Shown: positions 1 to 12,559 of the stretch, piece after piece | Position numbering within the stretch: the first letter of the stretch is position 1 | Layout: each line of letters starts with the position of its first letter | Assembly (NCBI RefSeq): GCF_006345805.1 | Contig: NC_043001.1 | Span: 9,176,001 to 9,240,000 of the forward strand | Direction: 5' to 3' | Source: Octopus sinensis | Taxonomy: Eukaryota | Length of the DNA: 64,000 bases | The notes under the pieces: model-generated | Database searches by the model: none | Told to the model about the DNA's origin: nothing | Seen by the model: the letters and a program-made list of their open reading frames with translations, nothing else | Made by a program: the position numbers and the translations under genes

Positions 1-1880
1 GTGCAGACTTTTGGAGATGTGTATTATTTTGATGTGGTCTGGTGGTGTTGTGTATGGGTGGTTGTTTGTTTTTATGTCATCTTCTGTTATGTTTGTTTTT
101 GATTGGATGTATTCCATCAATTTGTGTTTTTGGTGTCTATGGCTGTGAGCATGTTTGCTGTATATGTTTTTGTGGTGTTGGTGTGGCTGTTGTTTGCGTT
201 GGGTTTTGAAATGTCTTCGGGAGATGTATTTCCCCCTGCTTTGTTCGTGTTTGCATTTGGTTTGGTTGTGTTTTCTGCTCTTTATTTTCCTTCTTTTTGT
301 AGCTATTTGCCATTCCTCACTGGTTTCGTCTTCCGACGAAATTCTGAGGAATCAGAAGGGGGTAGGGGTATGTTGTGGGCTTCTATGTATGTCTGTGTAA
401 GTGGTTGTGTTGTTGTTTTCGTTGTTGTTGGTTGTTGAGTGTTTGTGTGTGTTGAGTGCGGTATAAGGGATGGGGGATCAGTTTGTGTGTTGTTTCTTTG
501 TTTTTCTGTTCCTTTGGGTTTTGCTGTTGATGGTAGTGTTGGTATTTTTCCAGGTGTCGAGTGGTTTTTGGTTGATGACGGATTAGCTTGGTGTGCTTCT
601 CTTGTCGTCTTCTGTGTTGATGGTGGTGTGGGTAGTAGAGCTTTTTTTCCGGAGTGCTTTGGTTGTGGTAGTGGTTGTTGTTGTTGCTCTTGGTGTGCAG
701 TGGTTGGGCACGTCTTTTTCAAGTGTGTTTCGCTTCCACACAAATAGCAGCGTGGTCGCCTGCCCTCTACCACTATATAGAGTTTGTAGCCTCCTGGCAG
801 TTCTATAGCGGTGGTATCTTCTCTCTTGCTGCTTCATCCAATTGAAGCAGGAATTCGATTGATTTGCCCACATAGTCTTTCTCTCCTAGAACCGCGATTT
901 CCAGGATGTTTGTCTCTGACATTGTCTCTGACATTTCAAAGCAGATGGCAGAGACCACCCATTGTGTTTCGACATCAAATGGTATGTTTTTTTTTGGACT
1001 TTCGTGACCCTTTTGTTTAAATAGACTGGTATCATTACCAAGTCGTCCGAATGTAGCTCCAATGTGGAAAAACGTTTTGCTAAACTTTCGTTGAGGAAAC
1101 GTACTTGGACTGTACCAAATTTGTTTCCCCAACTGATATATTCCTTGGAGTCCCATACAGGACGAAGGCATTTATCGATTTTTTCCTGCGGTGCATTTTC
1201 TGTTCTTCTTGTTTTTTTGTTTATTACTTTATAAATTATTGTTTTTTTTGCGTGTTTTCCACGATGTGTTGTGGAATATGAAGGTGCAATTTGTCTCCTT
1301 CTTTGGAGAAGAGTGCCTTTGTGCGGTTTATCTCTTGTGTGGTGAATGTTACAATTGTTCTTTTTTGTTTTGTTACGTCCGCAAAATTCGTTTTGAATTT
1401 GGCAGTAGAAGTGTTAATTGTGGCAGTGTTAATTGAAGTCATGGTAGTGGTGTTGGTGTTGGCGGTATTAGCAGCAGAAGGCTTGGATGTAGCATTTGAC
1501 GTCGTAGTAGTGGTGTTGGTGTTGGCGGTGTTGTCTTTGGTAGGCGGCTTTGTGCCAATTTCGTTGTTGTTGTTGTTGGTGGTGATGGTGGTGGTGCTGG
1601 CATTCATGTTTTCGTTTGTATTCATTTTTGAAATCCCTTTCTCTGTCCCTTTATCATCAACAAGTGGTGTGGGGAGTGAGGGGAAATCTAAGTTAATGTC
1701 TTTGGTCGCGGCGATGGTGAATGCGACGTTAGATTTGTTGTTGTTGTTGTTGGTGGTGGTGATGGTGGTGACAGCGGTGTTCACGCTGCGATGTTTAGCA
1801 GCTAGTGGTAGCAATAGTGTTTTGCTACCGTTCTGCATGACTGGCGGGCTAGCCACGTGGTTTCTAGTTGCCATTTTCAA
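1..1880 (-). pseudogene. Frameshifted ORF1 (Gag-like RNA-binding protein) of the Tx1-type LINE
   Basis: Track ORFs 1236-1880, 803-1171 and 303-773 join through frameshifts and a stop: T/N-rich N-terminus, RRM-like IPVYLNKRVTKV..KNIP, then ELPGGYKLYIVVEGRRPR-CYLCGSETHLKKTC (CX2CX4HX4C knuckle), then a P/T/Q-rich tail. Confidence 0.8.
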
Positions 1881-2094
1881 AATGAAAAATGGCTAAAAAA
1901 CCCACGAAAGTTTTGAAAGTTTTTTTTGTAATTTCGCCCATACAGGGGCGGAATTCTACGTGAATAATTCTCAGGTTTTTTAGTGAATGAATTTGCACAA
2001 CGATTAAAACAAAATATTTGACAACAAGGAGTTTTAAACATGTAAAAGTGGCCAACTTACTTGGAGCCGATATGACTAGCGTCCGTCCATTGTG
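1..2094 (-). mobile_element. 5' part (5' UTR + ORF1) of a Tx1/L1-type non-LTR retrotransposon, running off the window start
   Basis: ORF1 relic below, plus ~210 bp 5' UTR ending exactly at the (GATA)n array (minus-strand junction ctatc|acaatggacgg). Confidence 0.8.
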
Positions 2095-2127
2095 ATAGAT
2101 AGATAGATTGATAGATAGATAGATAAG

Positions 2128-2196
<69 letters not shown>

Positions 2197-2310
2197 TGAT
2201 AGGTAGGTAGGTAGGTAGGTAGGTAGGTAGGTAGGTAGGTAGGTATGTAGGTAGATACATACATACATATATACATTGATTGATGATTGATTGATTGATT
2301 GATTGATAGG

Positions 2311-2356
<46 letters not shown>

Positions 2357-2560
2357 TATTGATAGATAGATAGATAGATAGATAGATAGGTAGATAGTTA
2401 GTTAGTTAGTTAGTTACTTAGTTAGGTATGTAGCTATGTAGGTTGGTAGGTAGGTTGGTAGGTAGACAGATAGATAGGTAGATAGACAGATATATTGATA
2501 GATATATATGTAGATAGATAGATAGATAGATGATACAAAGGTAGATAGATAGATAGATAC

Positions 2561-2618
<58 letters not shown>
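2095..2618. repeat. Compound (GATA)n/(GGTA)n/(GATT)n/(GTTA)n microsatellite
   Basis: Tetranucleotide runs read directly. Confidence 0.97.
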
Positions 2619-2619
<1 letters not shown>

Positions 2620-3148
2620 TGTTTCTTTATTAGCCACACAGGGCTGCACACAGATAGAACAAATTACAAGGTAGATCTTTTCTTTTGAAGGTTTAAAAAA
2701 TAAAAAAAATAAAAAATAAAAAATAAAATAAAAATAAAATAAAAAAAGGTGGGTGTCGATCAAAAGGGATCGTAAAAGGAGAGAAAGAGGCCAAAAATAG
2801 GGGGGGTTAAAAAAAAGGGGGAGAGGAAAAAAATTGATCAATAGGGATCGTTATCACAGAAATGACAATATGAAGTGTAAAGGGGAGGACAGGTGAGGTT
2901 TACCCGTGGAAAGAAAAGCCTACGGAAAAGACCACGGTAACCTCGGTCAATGAAGTCACATGTTATATTTCTTTTTTTTTTTTTTTTTGCAAATAAGCAA
3001 CTCTCTGTATTAATTTTTACGGTTCATAGAATCATAGTCAAGGTGGCTTCGTCATTCATACGTGCCATCCTTGCTACATTCACCCATCTTTTTTTAAAAC
3101 ATTCACTAGACAAAACTTGCCTCTCTACTCTCACTTTTTTCTTCAAGT
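2619..3148 (-). mobile_element. 5'-truncated Tx1-type LINE 3' end (ORF2 C-terminus + 3' UTR) embedded in (GATA)n
   Basis: Minus 3148-3024 reads LKKKVRVERQVLSSECFKKRWVNVARMARMNDEATLTMIL*, like Tx1 ORF2 ends (ER...F..RW). The UTR ends ggctaataaagaaacat-(atct)n; GATA repeats on both flanks. Confidence 0.7.
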
Positions 3149-3181
<33 letters not shown>

Positions 3182-3539
3182 CATTTTATCTATGTTTGTC
3201 TTTATTTATATTTATTTTACTGCCAAGGTTTATATTACCTCGTAGGTCATATAAAGAGAAAATTTTGGTATATATCTTATCAAATACTGATATCAGTTGT
3301 TTGTTGTTTCTGATAATGTGGAGGGTGCGCTTAAACTGATACGTACAGATAGATATCGCACAAGATACACACAAGATACACACATAAACACTTTCACCTA
3401 GATATACACATATAGGAACACACATACACACACAACACACACATTGATACAGCTATTTTCTGAATGTTAACTAAGAAAGGTGTTCTATTTGATAAAACGT
3501 TAAATAGACAATTTCACATACACAAATAAATCTAGCTAT

Positions 3540-3715
3540 GTCTGTGTGTGTGAGTCTTTCTGTGTGTATGTGCATTTGTATTCGCGTGCGTGTGTGTGTG
3601 TGCACGTGTGTGTCCGTGCGTGTGTGCAGACTCTTAACTCCTATTTGTATATTCGCCGATAAAAAATAATTCGAATACACGTGCATATATAAACATAAAT
3701 ATATTGAATATATAC

Positions 3716-3757
<42 letters not shown>

Positions 3758-4026
3758 CTATATATATATATAACTATATATATATGCGTGTGTGTGTACA
3801 TATATATATATATACATACATGCATGTTTATATTCATATACATGTATTTATTAAATATATATATATGTATATATTCAATATAAGCATGTATATAAATATA
3901 CGCATACATATATGTTTGTGTATAGACTCACACATACATACGTGTATGCATACGCGTGTGAGTACATGTGTGTTTGTGTGTGTTTGTGTGTGCGGGTGTT
4001 TGTGTGCGTGTGTTTGTGTGTGCGGG

Positions 4027-4097
<71 letters not shown>

Positions 4098-4290
4098 GTT
4101 CATGGGTGTTTATACCTGTCTGATTGTATGGGCCTATGTATTTATACGTATGAAAATACATTAATATATATATATTTATTTATACATATATATACATACA
4201 CATATATATATATACATGCATATATATGTATACATACACAGACACACACACCACACACACACACACATACACACACAAACACACACACAC

Positions 4291-4360
<70 letters not shown>

Positions 4361-4400
4361 CACCACAAACTTTTTTTTCCATTGTGTGTGTTTTGTCGGA
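3540..4400. repeat. Compound (TG)n/(TA)n/(GA)n/(CA)n microsatellite field
   Basis: Dinucleotide runs; source of many spurious YI/CV/HT ORFs. Confidence 0.95.
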
Positions 4401-5329
4401 TTGTGTGTGTAGAGAAGGAAAACATTGGAGCAAGTTAGACTGGAGACACCAATAATGAACTTGTTAACTCTTTGATATTGTATCTTATCATTCATAACGA
4501 AAATGAGTTCCACTTTAGTCTGAAATAAACTAACGTCAATAAATTTTCATCTAATAACGATATAAACAATTCATTTTTAAGATTCGTTGCCATGGTATCA
4601 TTCATGCCAATCAGCAGTGTTTATAGTAGAATTAGTCATTTCCTGTACAAGAAATTCACATTATTCATGAAAGACAAACGCATAATAGCGTAAGATATTC
4701 GTCTCTAATAAGCTCCCAGTAGAGTTAGTCAGTTCACCTTGAATAAGCGTATTAGAGGTAACATCAACAGAAACTCTACGACAAGCTTAAATTGGTATCA
4801 GATTAAGTTTGCATTAGTATCACCCATTTCTTCTTCGATCGAATGAAGGGCTACGTGGTTACTCAACCTGCTAGAAATAACAACGAAATCTCCTTCTAAT
4901 CAATATTTCGGTCATTTTGTTTCTTAGTTGCTTTTTTCCCCCTTTTTTACAACTATTGGCGCGCCAAGCGCTCCTCACGAGCGCACGTTCGTGAGATGGT
5001 TGTGATCAATAAACAGCTTTGAAGAGGAACCGGAAAGAGAAGTATGAACACGCAATGCGTATGTGCACAGTGAATTTGTAAAACGGAAGAGAAGAATAAA
5101 AATGTAATGCGCATGTCAAAATAAAATGGATGAGAAGAATAAAACAAATTATATGACGCTTTGCATTCTACATCTGACCCACCACTATGATGCACCTTGA
5201 CAGCAATTTTCTTGTTTTTATTTATTTCTGTGGCTTAAGCAATAACTAAACTCCTCAGCGCAATGCAGGGCAAGCTTCCTCAACCGGGTTAATTCGACTG
5301 CTACCCCTACGCATCCATTACAAATAAAG

Positions 5330-5888
5330 TTGGTTTCAAAATTTGGGTACGATACCAGCAATCTTCGGTAAGTGGGAAGTACGATTACATCGATCCCATT
5401 ATTCAAATGGTACGTTTTTTTTACTGACTCCGAAAGGATGAAATGTAGAGTAGACCTCAGCGGTATTCGAACTCAGAACGTAAAGACGGACGAAATGCCG
5501 CTAAGCCTCTTGCCAGGTATACTAATGTCTCTGCCAGCTTACCGCCTTTTTTACATGTAATATTGATTGTCTTCAGAAATCGTGAAATAGCTCTCACCAA
5601 GTCATCTTTCACTGCCATTTTTACGTCTGTCAGTAGATGGCACCCAACTCGTGGCTGTTTATAAATGCGTTGGTAGGCTAGACGCGGAACGTATCTCATA
5701 TACAAAATTACTTACAAGTTGGTCACGCTTGGAGCGTCAGTGATCCCAGAGCATGTTTCTTATTTCATCGATTCTGAATGGGTGAAAGGCAGTAAAATTT
5801 GGTGGAATTTGAACTCAGCACAAAGCCAGACGGAATACTGCTAAACATTTTTCCCGGGCTGCTAATAATTCTTCCTGCTCACCGCCTT
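5330..5888 (-). mobile_element. Two degenerate SINE-A copies (5330-5548, 5745-5888)
   Basis: Reverse-complement matches to the SINE-A head (ggcggcgagctggcag..gagttcaaattcc) and body. Confidence 0.75.
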
Positions 5889-5927
5889 CAAATCATTAGA
5901 TATTGGTGAGAGTTATACTAGTTTATG

Positions 5928-6165
5928 TGGAGAAGCAATGGCCCAGTGGTTTGGGCAGCGGACTCGCGGTTTCGATTCCCAGAATGAGCGTTGTAAATGT
6001 TTATTGAGCGAAAACGCCTAAAGCCCCACGATGCTCCGGCAGGGGTGGTGGCCTGCTTGCTTAGCCAGCAGAGTGGCATCATTTGAAGGCTAAAACAATG
6101 CGAAGTGCATTGTGACCAGCGATGCGTAGCAATATCTGATAGCCTGGTCGGTCACGTGATCACGG
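5928..6165 (+). mobile_element. SINE-C (tRNA-derived head) with tail type e
   Basis: Head gcaatggcccagtggtt..gcggactcgcggtttcgattccc with A/B boxes; tail gcttagccagc..ctgatagcctggtcggtcacgtgatcacgg matches 25991-26111 (minus). Confidence 0.8.
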
Positions 6166-6469
6166 GATTTTAGTTTATAACAAGAAGTTTATTTGCTCAT
6201 TTTAGGGGGCGAAGATTCAGACTTCTGGATGTATGATAGATTGTCAAAGTTGTTATATAATCCGGTAGAATTCTTGCCGCATTTTCGAGTCTCTATGTTA
6301 TGAGTTCAAATTTCATCGAGCTCAGCGTTGCATTCAACTTTGCCAGGGTAAGTAAAATGTACCAATACAAGAGGATAGATTGGTGGAAGAATATGAACAT
6401 TGAAGCGGCTGATTTGCAGCACTTGATCGGGGCCTTTGTGTTTAAATTTCATTGTGTATACACCAATGA

Positions 6470-6790
6470 CTGAGGCATCTGGACACATCTTCAACTACGT
6501 GCCTGGTATCATCGGGTGTTTCTGACCTTTCAACATCAGGTGACACAGATGGGGATGATCATACACCAGCTTGTGTCCAGATGGCCAGGTAGCTACTCAA
6601 TGGCTCTCCTGTTTGATCCACAGCCATCTTGAGGTCCTCTCTGCCGTGTCGGTGGTACTGCGGATGGCCTATCTCCTTCTCACTCCCTCGATGCCCCAAC
6701 TACAGAAGGCTCTGGTCAGAGAACGGGCTGCAAAACATCTACATCCAGCCTCCACTGAGACACACCTTGCTCTCCAACCAGCCCACTGGC
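6470..6790 (-). mobile_element. 3' end of a Hero-like (REL-endonuclease) non-LTR retrotransposon
   Basis: Minus frame reads GWRARCVSVEAGCRCFAARSLTRAFCSWGIEGVRRR*AIRSTTDTAERTSRWLWIKQ, matching the EVGCRGF...AE.ASRWLW C-terminus of Hero-type ORFs; followed by a UTR with tgttgaaaggtcagaaacacccgatga..gatgtgtcc. Confidence 0.65.
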
Positions 6791-6907
6791 AGTCACTATT
6801 GTAAAGTTATATAATCGGGGTAAAAAATTGATATTAATTTTATTAATATCAATTTAAATCAGTGGCCTAGCATATTGAAAATTTTGAAGATTCAGAAAAT
6901 TATATTA

Positions 6908-7270
6908 CATACATATAGTAAGAATGACCACTGGGTGGACCTAATATGCTAAATGTAGACTGCATATAGTTTGACCATTAAGAAAAAATTGTTCTCAAGA
7001 AAATTCGGTAAACGCCAGAACGTAAGGCGAGAAAGACAAATGAAAAGATACAAAATATAATTTTTAGGCACATACCGGTTTCAATTTTACCATTTGCATT
7101 ACGTAAATGCCTGCAGATCATCAATGCGACCGTCATAGAAAATATAAATTGCAGAACTATATACGGAACGACTTTTCTTGAGAACAATTTTTTCTTAGTG
7201 GTCAGACCATATGGGGTCTACATTTAACATATTAGGTGTCCAACTGGTGGCCATTCCTCTTATATGTATG
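6908..7270. mobile_element. MITE with ~85-bp terminal inverted repeats
   Basis: Left ..ccactgggtggac..taagaaaaaattgttctcaagaaaa and right ttttcttgagaacaatttttt..gtccaactggtggcc are inverted copies; related to 61605-61820. Confidence 0.8.
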
Positions 7271-7272
7271 TA

Positions 7273-7555
<283 letters not shown>

Positions 7556-7791
7556 TAGATAGATAGATATGCGTGTGTGTGTGTGTGTGTGTGTGTGTAT
7601 TTTTCTCTTCCGGTGGGATCAAGAAAAAGTGATCCTTCCAGAGAGTGATAAATATTACTTAATGTAGAAAGTATTTTAAATAAGATTTTCTAATAGTTAC
7701 TTACTAAAGGGCCACTGTCATTAGACAGATTTATATAAGGGGAAGCAAACTTGGGAGACACAGGCACGTTGTTTATGTGTGTGTGTGTGTT

Positions 7792-7824
<33 letters not shown>

Positions 7825-8630
7825 GAAGAAAGAGTTCGAAGTGCTCTAAATTATTTAGATATGTAACAACAAATTGTTACCTTCTATGACCTCATACCTT
7901 CTATGATTTGATTACAAGATTTGATCTTCGATATTAGATACATTGACGTCACTAGATACTTTGAGCTACGTCACGACAAATTATGAATACTGTGAGAATA
8001 TATTCCCAGGAACGTTTCACAGTAGATTCCCAGTTTCAATGTCAATTAGATGAAAATGTATGATGACGTAATTCACAATATGCTTTAACGTACTCAGAGC
8101 ATCTGGTGACATTTCTTTATCACAACTCAAAATTTATAACGCAACTCTTGACTGTGACGTAAACCTGAACGTAAAGAGCGTATTGTACCGTAACTCAGAA
8201 TTCGTTGTTCTGTAAGGTAGGGCAGTATAAAGCAGTGTAAAAGCAATGTAAAGCAGAACACATAGTTTCGTAGCACAGAAATTTAAATTACGTAACCCGG
8301 AATGTACGGTATTGCAAATTAGAATGTATGGTGCAGTAACTGAGAAGTTAAAACACCGTAACAAAGTACCGTAAGTCAAAGTCATGTAGCAATTTAGTGA
8401 GTATTCTAGCGTAATTCAAAACCGACTGTGTTGTTACACAGTGGATGTCGTATCAGTAATCCGAACGCGCCATGTAACGTATAGTGAAGTAACTAAAGGT
8501 ATAAAGTATTGAAATACGTAACTCAGAAACCAAAAATTACGTAACTAAAATACCTAAATAAAAATGCAAAATGTAACAAAGAAAGTCAGTCATCATAAAT
8601 TAATTTGAACATTTAGTATTTCGACTGTAA

Positions 8631-8865
8631 GGCGGCGAGCTGGTACAAACGTTAGCACGCCGAGCGAAATGCGTAGCCGTATTAAGTCTGCAGTTACGTT
8701 CTGAGTTCAAATTCCGCCGAGGTCGACTTTGCCTTTCATCCTTTCGAGGTCAATAAATTAAGTACCAGTTACGCACTGGAGTCGATATAATCGACTTAAT
8801 ACCTTCGTTTGTCCTTGTTTGTCCCCTCTGTGTTTAGACCCTTGTGGGTAGTAAAGAAAAAGAAA
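8631..8865 (+). mobile_element. Full SINE-A with tail a and 17-bp TSD
   Basis: Head+body+tail a; tagtatttcgactgtaa (8614-8630) vs tagtatttctactttaa (8866-8882). Confidence 0.9.
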
Positions 8866-9784
8866 TAGTATTTCTACTTTAACTCTTACTTTCCTTTGGT
8901 CGATACAACAGGTACAAGATGGCGATTGGAATCGTATAATAGACTTGTTCCTCAACCAAGAAACACATTTGTAGTCCTGCGCCATTTTGTTGAAGTCGTT
9001 ATGAAGAAATCGAATAAAGCTACATTTATATCAAGCATTTGTTACTTACCGTCTCAGAAAATTTAGACACAGCTAAAAATATGTTATGCTAATATTGTTC
9101 ATATATCTAGGAGATTAGTGTCCTTAATATCTTAATATTGTGTGAGAAATTATTGCCGTCTGTTTATGATTTCTCTGTGTGTTTAGGTTATTTTTAATAT
9201 TCTCTTTATGGCCAGTTTGGTTTATGCTGTCGTTAATATTCTCGCAGTCAATATTATTCCGTTTATGATAAATGTTGTTTAAGTTGTTATATTTCTGGTT
9301 TATATTCAGGGACATTTAATAATCTGCTTATGATTGATACAACTGATATTAAGTTGCTGTTTTTCGTTGTTGTTTTTGTTGTTGCTTCTGATGATGAAGA
9401 TGACGATGATGATGACCGTTCATAATGACGAGGAGGATGAACACCACCCTCAGAATTCTCCTCCTCCTCCTCCTCCTCATCATCATCATCATCATAATCA
9501 TTGTCATCATCGTCGTCGTATGTCACGTCTAGCCTTAGGCTCAGCTGATGATAAGAAACTCTCAAGAGAGCTGAACAACAAAATGTTTTCGGTAAAGAAA
9601 CCCCGCTCAGGCAAGTGTTCCGGCCCTTAACCCCTTACGCTCTAAGGCTCCTTGGCCGCATCCAGGACATTCATTCTGCTAACACTTTTAAACACTTGGA
9701 TATTGGAAATTTGTGGACTTAAACCGCATCTACTTGTAACTCCTCTCTTTTGACTCAGCTTTCAAACTTATACCTAAATATATA

Positions 9785-9995
9785 ATCCTTTCTGCTATAA
9801 GCACAAGGCCTGAAATTTTGGGGGAGGGGGTAAGTCGATTACATCGCCCCCAGTAGTCAACTGGTACTTGTTTCATCGACCACGATAGGATCAAATGTAA
9901 AGACGCCTACGGCTGAATTTGAACTCAAAACGTAGCGTCGGGCAAAATATAGCTATGTATCACGCCCGGCGTGCTAATGATTCTGCCAGCTCAAT
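9785..9995 (-). mobile_element. SINE-A with tail b
   Basis: Reverse complement of ..tcgactt.ccccctcccccaaaatttcaggccttgtgc.tatagcagaaagga plus body and head. Confidence 0.8.
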
Positions 9996-10029
9996 TTATA
10001 CTTAAATAAATGATGTCGGTTGTCATTAA

Positions 10030-10242
10030 AACTGCTTGGTTTTATACTTCATCTACTGCGGTTGTCTGACTTTTCTGCAGTTTCATCTCCCAACAACCAT
10101 GTTATACATGTTCGTTTATCTTCTACGTACAATTAATTCTGCTCTCACCGTAACTGACGAACATGAATAACATGGTTGTTGGGAGATGAAACCGCAGAAA
10201 AGTCAGACAACCGCAGTAGATGAAGTATAAAACCAAGCAGTT
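10030..10242. repeat. Foldback: 86-bp inverted arms with ~41-bp spacer
   Basis: 10030-10115 is the reverse complement of 10157-10242 with about 2 mismatches. Confidence 0.9.
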
Positions 10243-10279
10243 CCGAAGATTAGAGCAACTCAAAAGACAGAAAAGACGA

Positions 10280-10735
10280 TTGGTCGGAATCTTCCTGGAA
10301 GGTTCCGTTGACTTCATGGGAAGTTCCGAGGACGTTATAACATCCTGGAAAATTGGTCAGAAACTTCCTGGAAAGTTCCGAGCATTCATGGAAACTTCCA
10401 AGGATTTACTAACTTCCTGGAAATTGGTTGTAAACTCCCTGGGAAGTTCCGAGGATTTCATGGGAAGTTCCAAGGATTTACTAACTTCCTGGAAAATTAA
10501 TCGGAAACTTCCTGGAAAGTTCCGAGTTTCATGGGAAATTCCAAGGATTTATTAACTTCTTGGAAAATTAGTCGGAAACTTCCTGGAAAGTTCCGATGTT
10601 TCATGGGAGGTTCCAAGGATTTACTAACTTCTTGGAAAATTGGCCAGAAACTTCCTGGAATATTCCGGGATTTCATGAAAATTCCAAGGATTTCCTACCT
10701 TCGTGGAAAAATGGTTGATATATTCCTGGAAATTT
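10280..10735 (+). repeat. ~72-bp minisatellite, about 6 units
   Basis: Unit ttcatgggaagttccaaggatttactaacttcctggaaaattggtcggaaacttcctggaaagttccgag starts near 10313, 10385, 10457, 10528, 10600, 10671. Confidence 0.9.
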
Positions 10736-11612
10736 CAGTGCTTAAATATGCAGTTGACACCAAACTGTACCTTGAAATAAAAAGAACATTTGCTATCCTG
10801 CAATCAGACCTGGATACAATGCAGCAGCAGACCTCTGACTGGCAACTCAAGCTAGCTGTAGACAAGTGTGTCACCATGCATTTTGGGAGGAAAAATCCAT
10901 CCTTTACATACTCCCTCAACAACACCAATCTCAAGAAGTCTTCTAGTGGACTTGATCTGGGTTTTATTGTAATCAATAATCTGCATTGGTCAAATCACAT
11001 ATCTGAGATTGTCAAAAAGCTGAGGGGGTGCTGGCATCACCCAGTAAGACCTTTGTCAGCCACTCTCCAGCTATCTATTTAAAACTGTATACGACAATGG
11101 TATGTCCACACTTGGAATTTGCATCACCAGTCTGGAACCCCTCTCTAGCTCAGCATATAAATCTCCTGGAAACTTCAGAAATGTGCAACAAAGCGAATAC
11201 CTGCAGTCAGACACCTACCATTCTCTGAACGTCTTGCATTCCTGGGCATGGATACATTGAAGCCCAGACGTCTGGAATTTGACTTGATTGATACCCACAA
11301 GATTATCCACCATATTTCCAACAACAACCTTGGGTACCTTTTTGAATTCCATGTGACAAACACTCACGGACATGCTTATAAAATTAAAAAACAATACGGC
11401 ACCCATGACTTTTGGAAACAATTTTTCATGCTCAGATTTGCAGAAGTATGGAATAAACCACCTGCATCAGTTGTTAGCCTTGAAACTTCAAACTTCCATC
11501 CTTCAAAACTTCAGTGTGTCCTGAAATCTGCCAACAGTACACATGAGGGCCATTTTCTTCTTTTTAGTTGTAGTGCACCTGAGCACTGTATACAACAACT
11601 TCCTTTATCATT
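10735..11612 (+). mobile_element. CR1-type LINE relic (RT C-terminus and 3' end)
   Basis: KYAVDTKLY (from FADDTKL), LQSDLD..Q..DWQL.L.VDKC..MHFGRKN, LYTTMVCPHLEFASPVWNP, RRLEFDLIDTHKII, HGHAYKI, VWNKP; frameshifted. Confidence 0.85.
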
Positions 11613-12019
11613 ATATATGTGTGTGTGTTGACTTTCTGTGCAACATTTTATGGCTGTTAGTCAATGTAACGTCACACACTCACTTCTGTTCCCACTCAGT
11701 GGTACCCTACACAGTGTTCAATATTTGGTGCAAGTCTGTCTCTCTTTTCTATCTATTTCTCTGTCCTCCTCTCCCCTCTATCTACCTCTCTACCTATCTG
11801 CTGCTTTTCTCTCTTTACTACCTTTCATTTCTTCCTCTGTCCATCTCTGTCAACTACCTACTGTCTATCTTTATTCCCTTATTTCTCCGCACTCTCTCTT
11901 TCTTCCTACTTGCTCTTCTCTAACCTTCTCTACTCTCTTTCTTCACTTTTTTGGTACCAAAAGACAATCAAATTTTTTGTCACTCATCGTTTTTCTACTT
12001 GACCAATGCATAGGTAAGA

Positions 12020-12205
12020 CATCATCGTTTAACGTCTATTTTCCATGCTTGAATAGGTTGACTGGTTCGACTGGGGCCTGGGAAGCCAGCAGTCTGCACC
12101 AGGCTCCAGTCTGATCTGGCAGTGTTTCTACAGCTGGATGCCCTTCCTAACGCCAACCACTCTGAGAGTGTAGTGGGTGCTGTTTTTACGTGCCACCGGC
12201 ACAGA
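12020..12205 (-). mobile_element. Unclassified SINE/LINE 3' module D (also 35240-35410 + and ~36600-36825 +)
   Basis: Shared aggaagggcatccagctgtagaaac..gccagcatgga..gttaaa motif followed by (GAT)n-type tail at three loci. Confidence 0.65.
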
Positions 12206-12559
12206 GGCCAATTTCCTGCCTAGTACTTATTTCAGATCCCCAGTTTATCTTTTCACTTTTCATTCTTTTCTTTCCTTCTTAATTCCTTCCCTCTACCCCA
12301 TCTCTCTATCCTTCTCCTGAGCCTTCTTATTGTACCTTTGGAACACAAGCACCACTATTTTCTTCCTTCTTTTTAGTTTTGTCATGTAGTGTCCTACACT
12401 TTGAAATACTTGCTATTTGTATTTTTACTGCTTATTTTAACTCTGCTTGATAAATTTCCCAAAATTAAACATTTTAATATGCAAAATATACTTCACATTA
12501 TTATATATACTATGCATTGATGCAAAAAATATTGTGTTTATTGGCTATCTTCAAATTGA

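Noticed and set aside
1864-4513. YLSI/YI/CV/HT repeat ORFs (also near 22500, 32200, 41700, 43400-44800, 59800, 63400)
   Set aside because: Translations of microsatellites.
10280-10735. CRISPR-like array
   Set aside because: Contiguous degenerate units without unique spacers, no cas genes, eukaryotic context.
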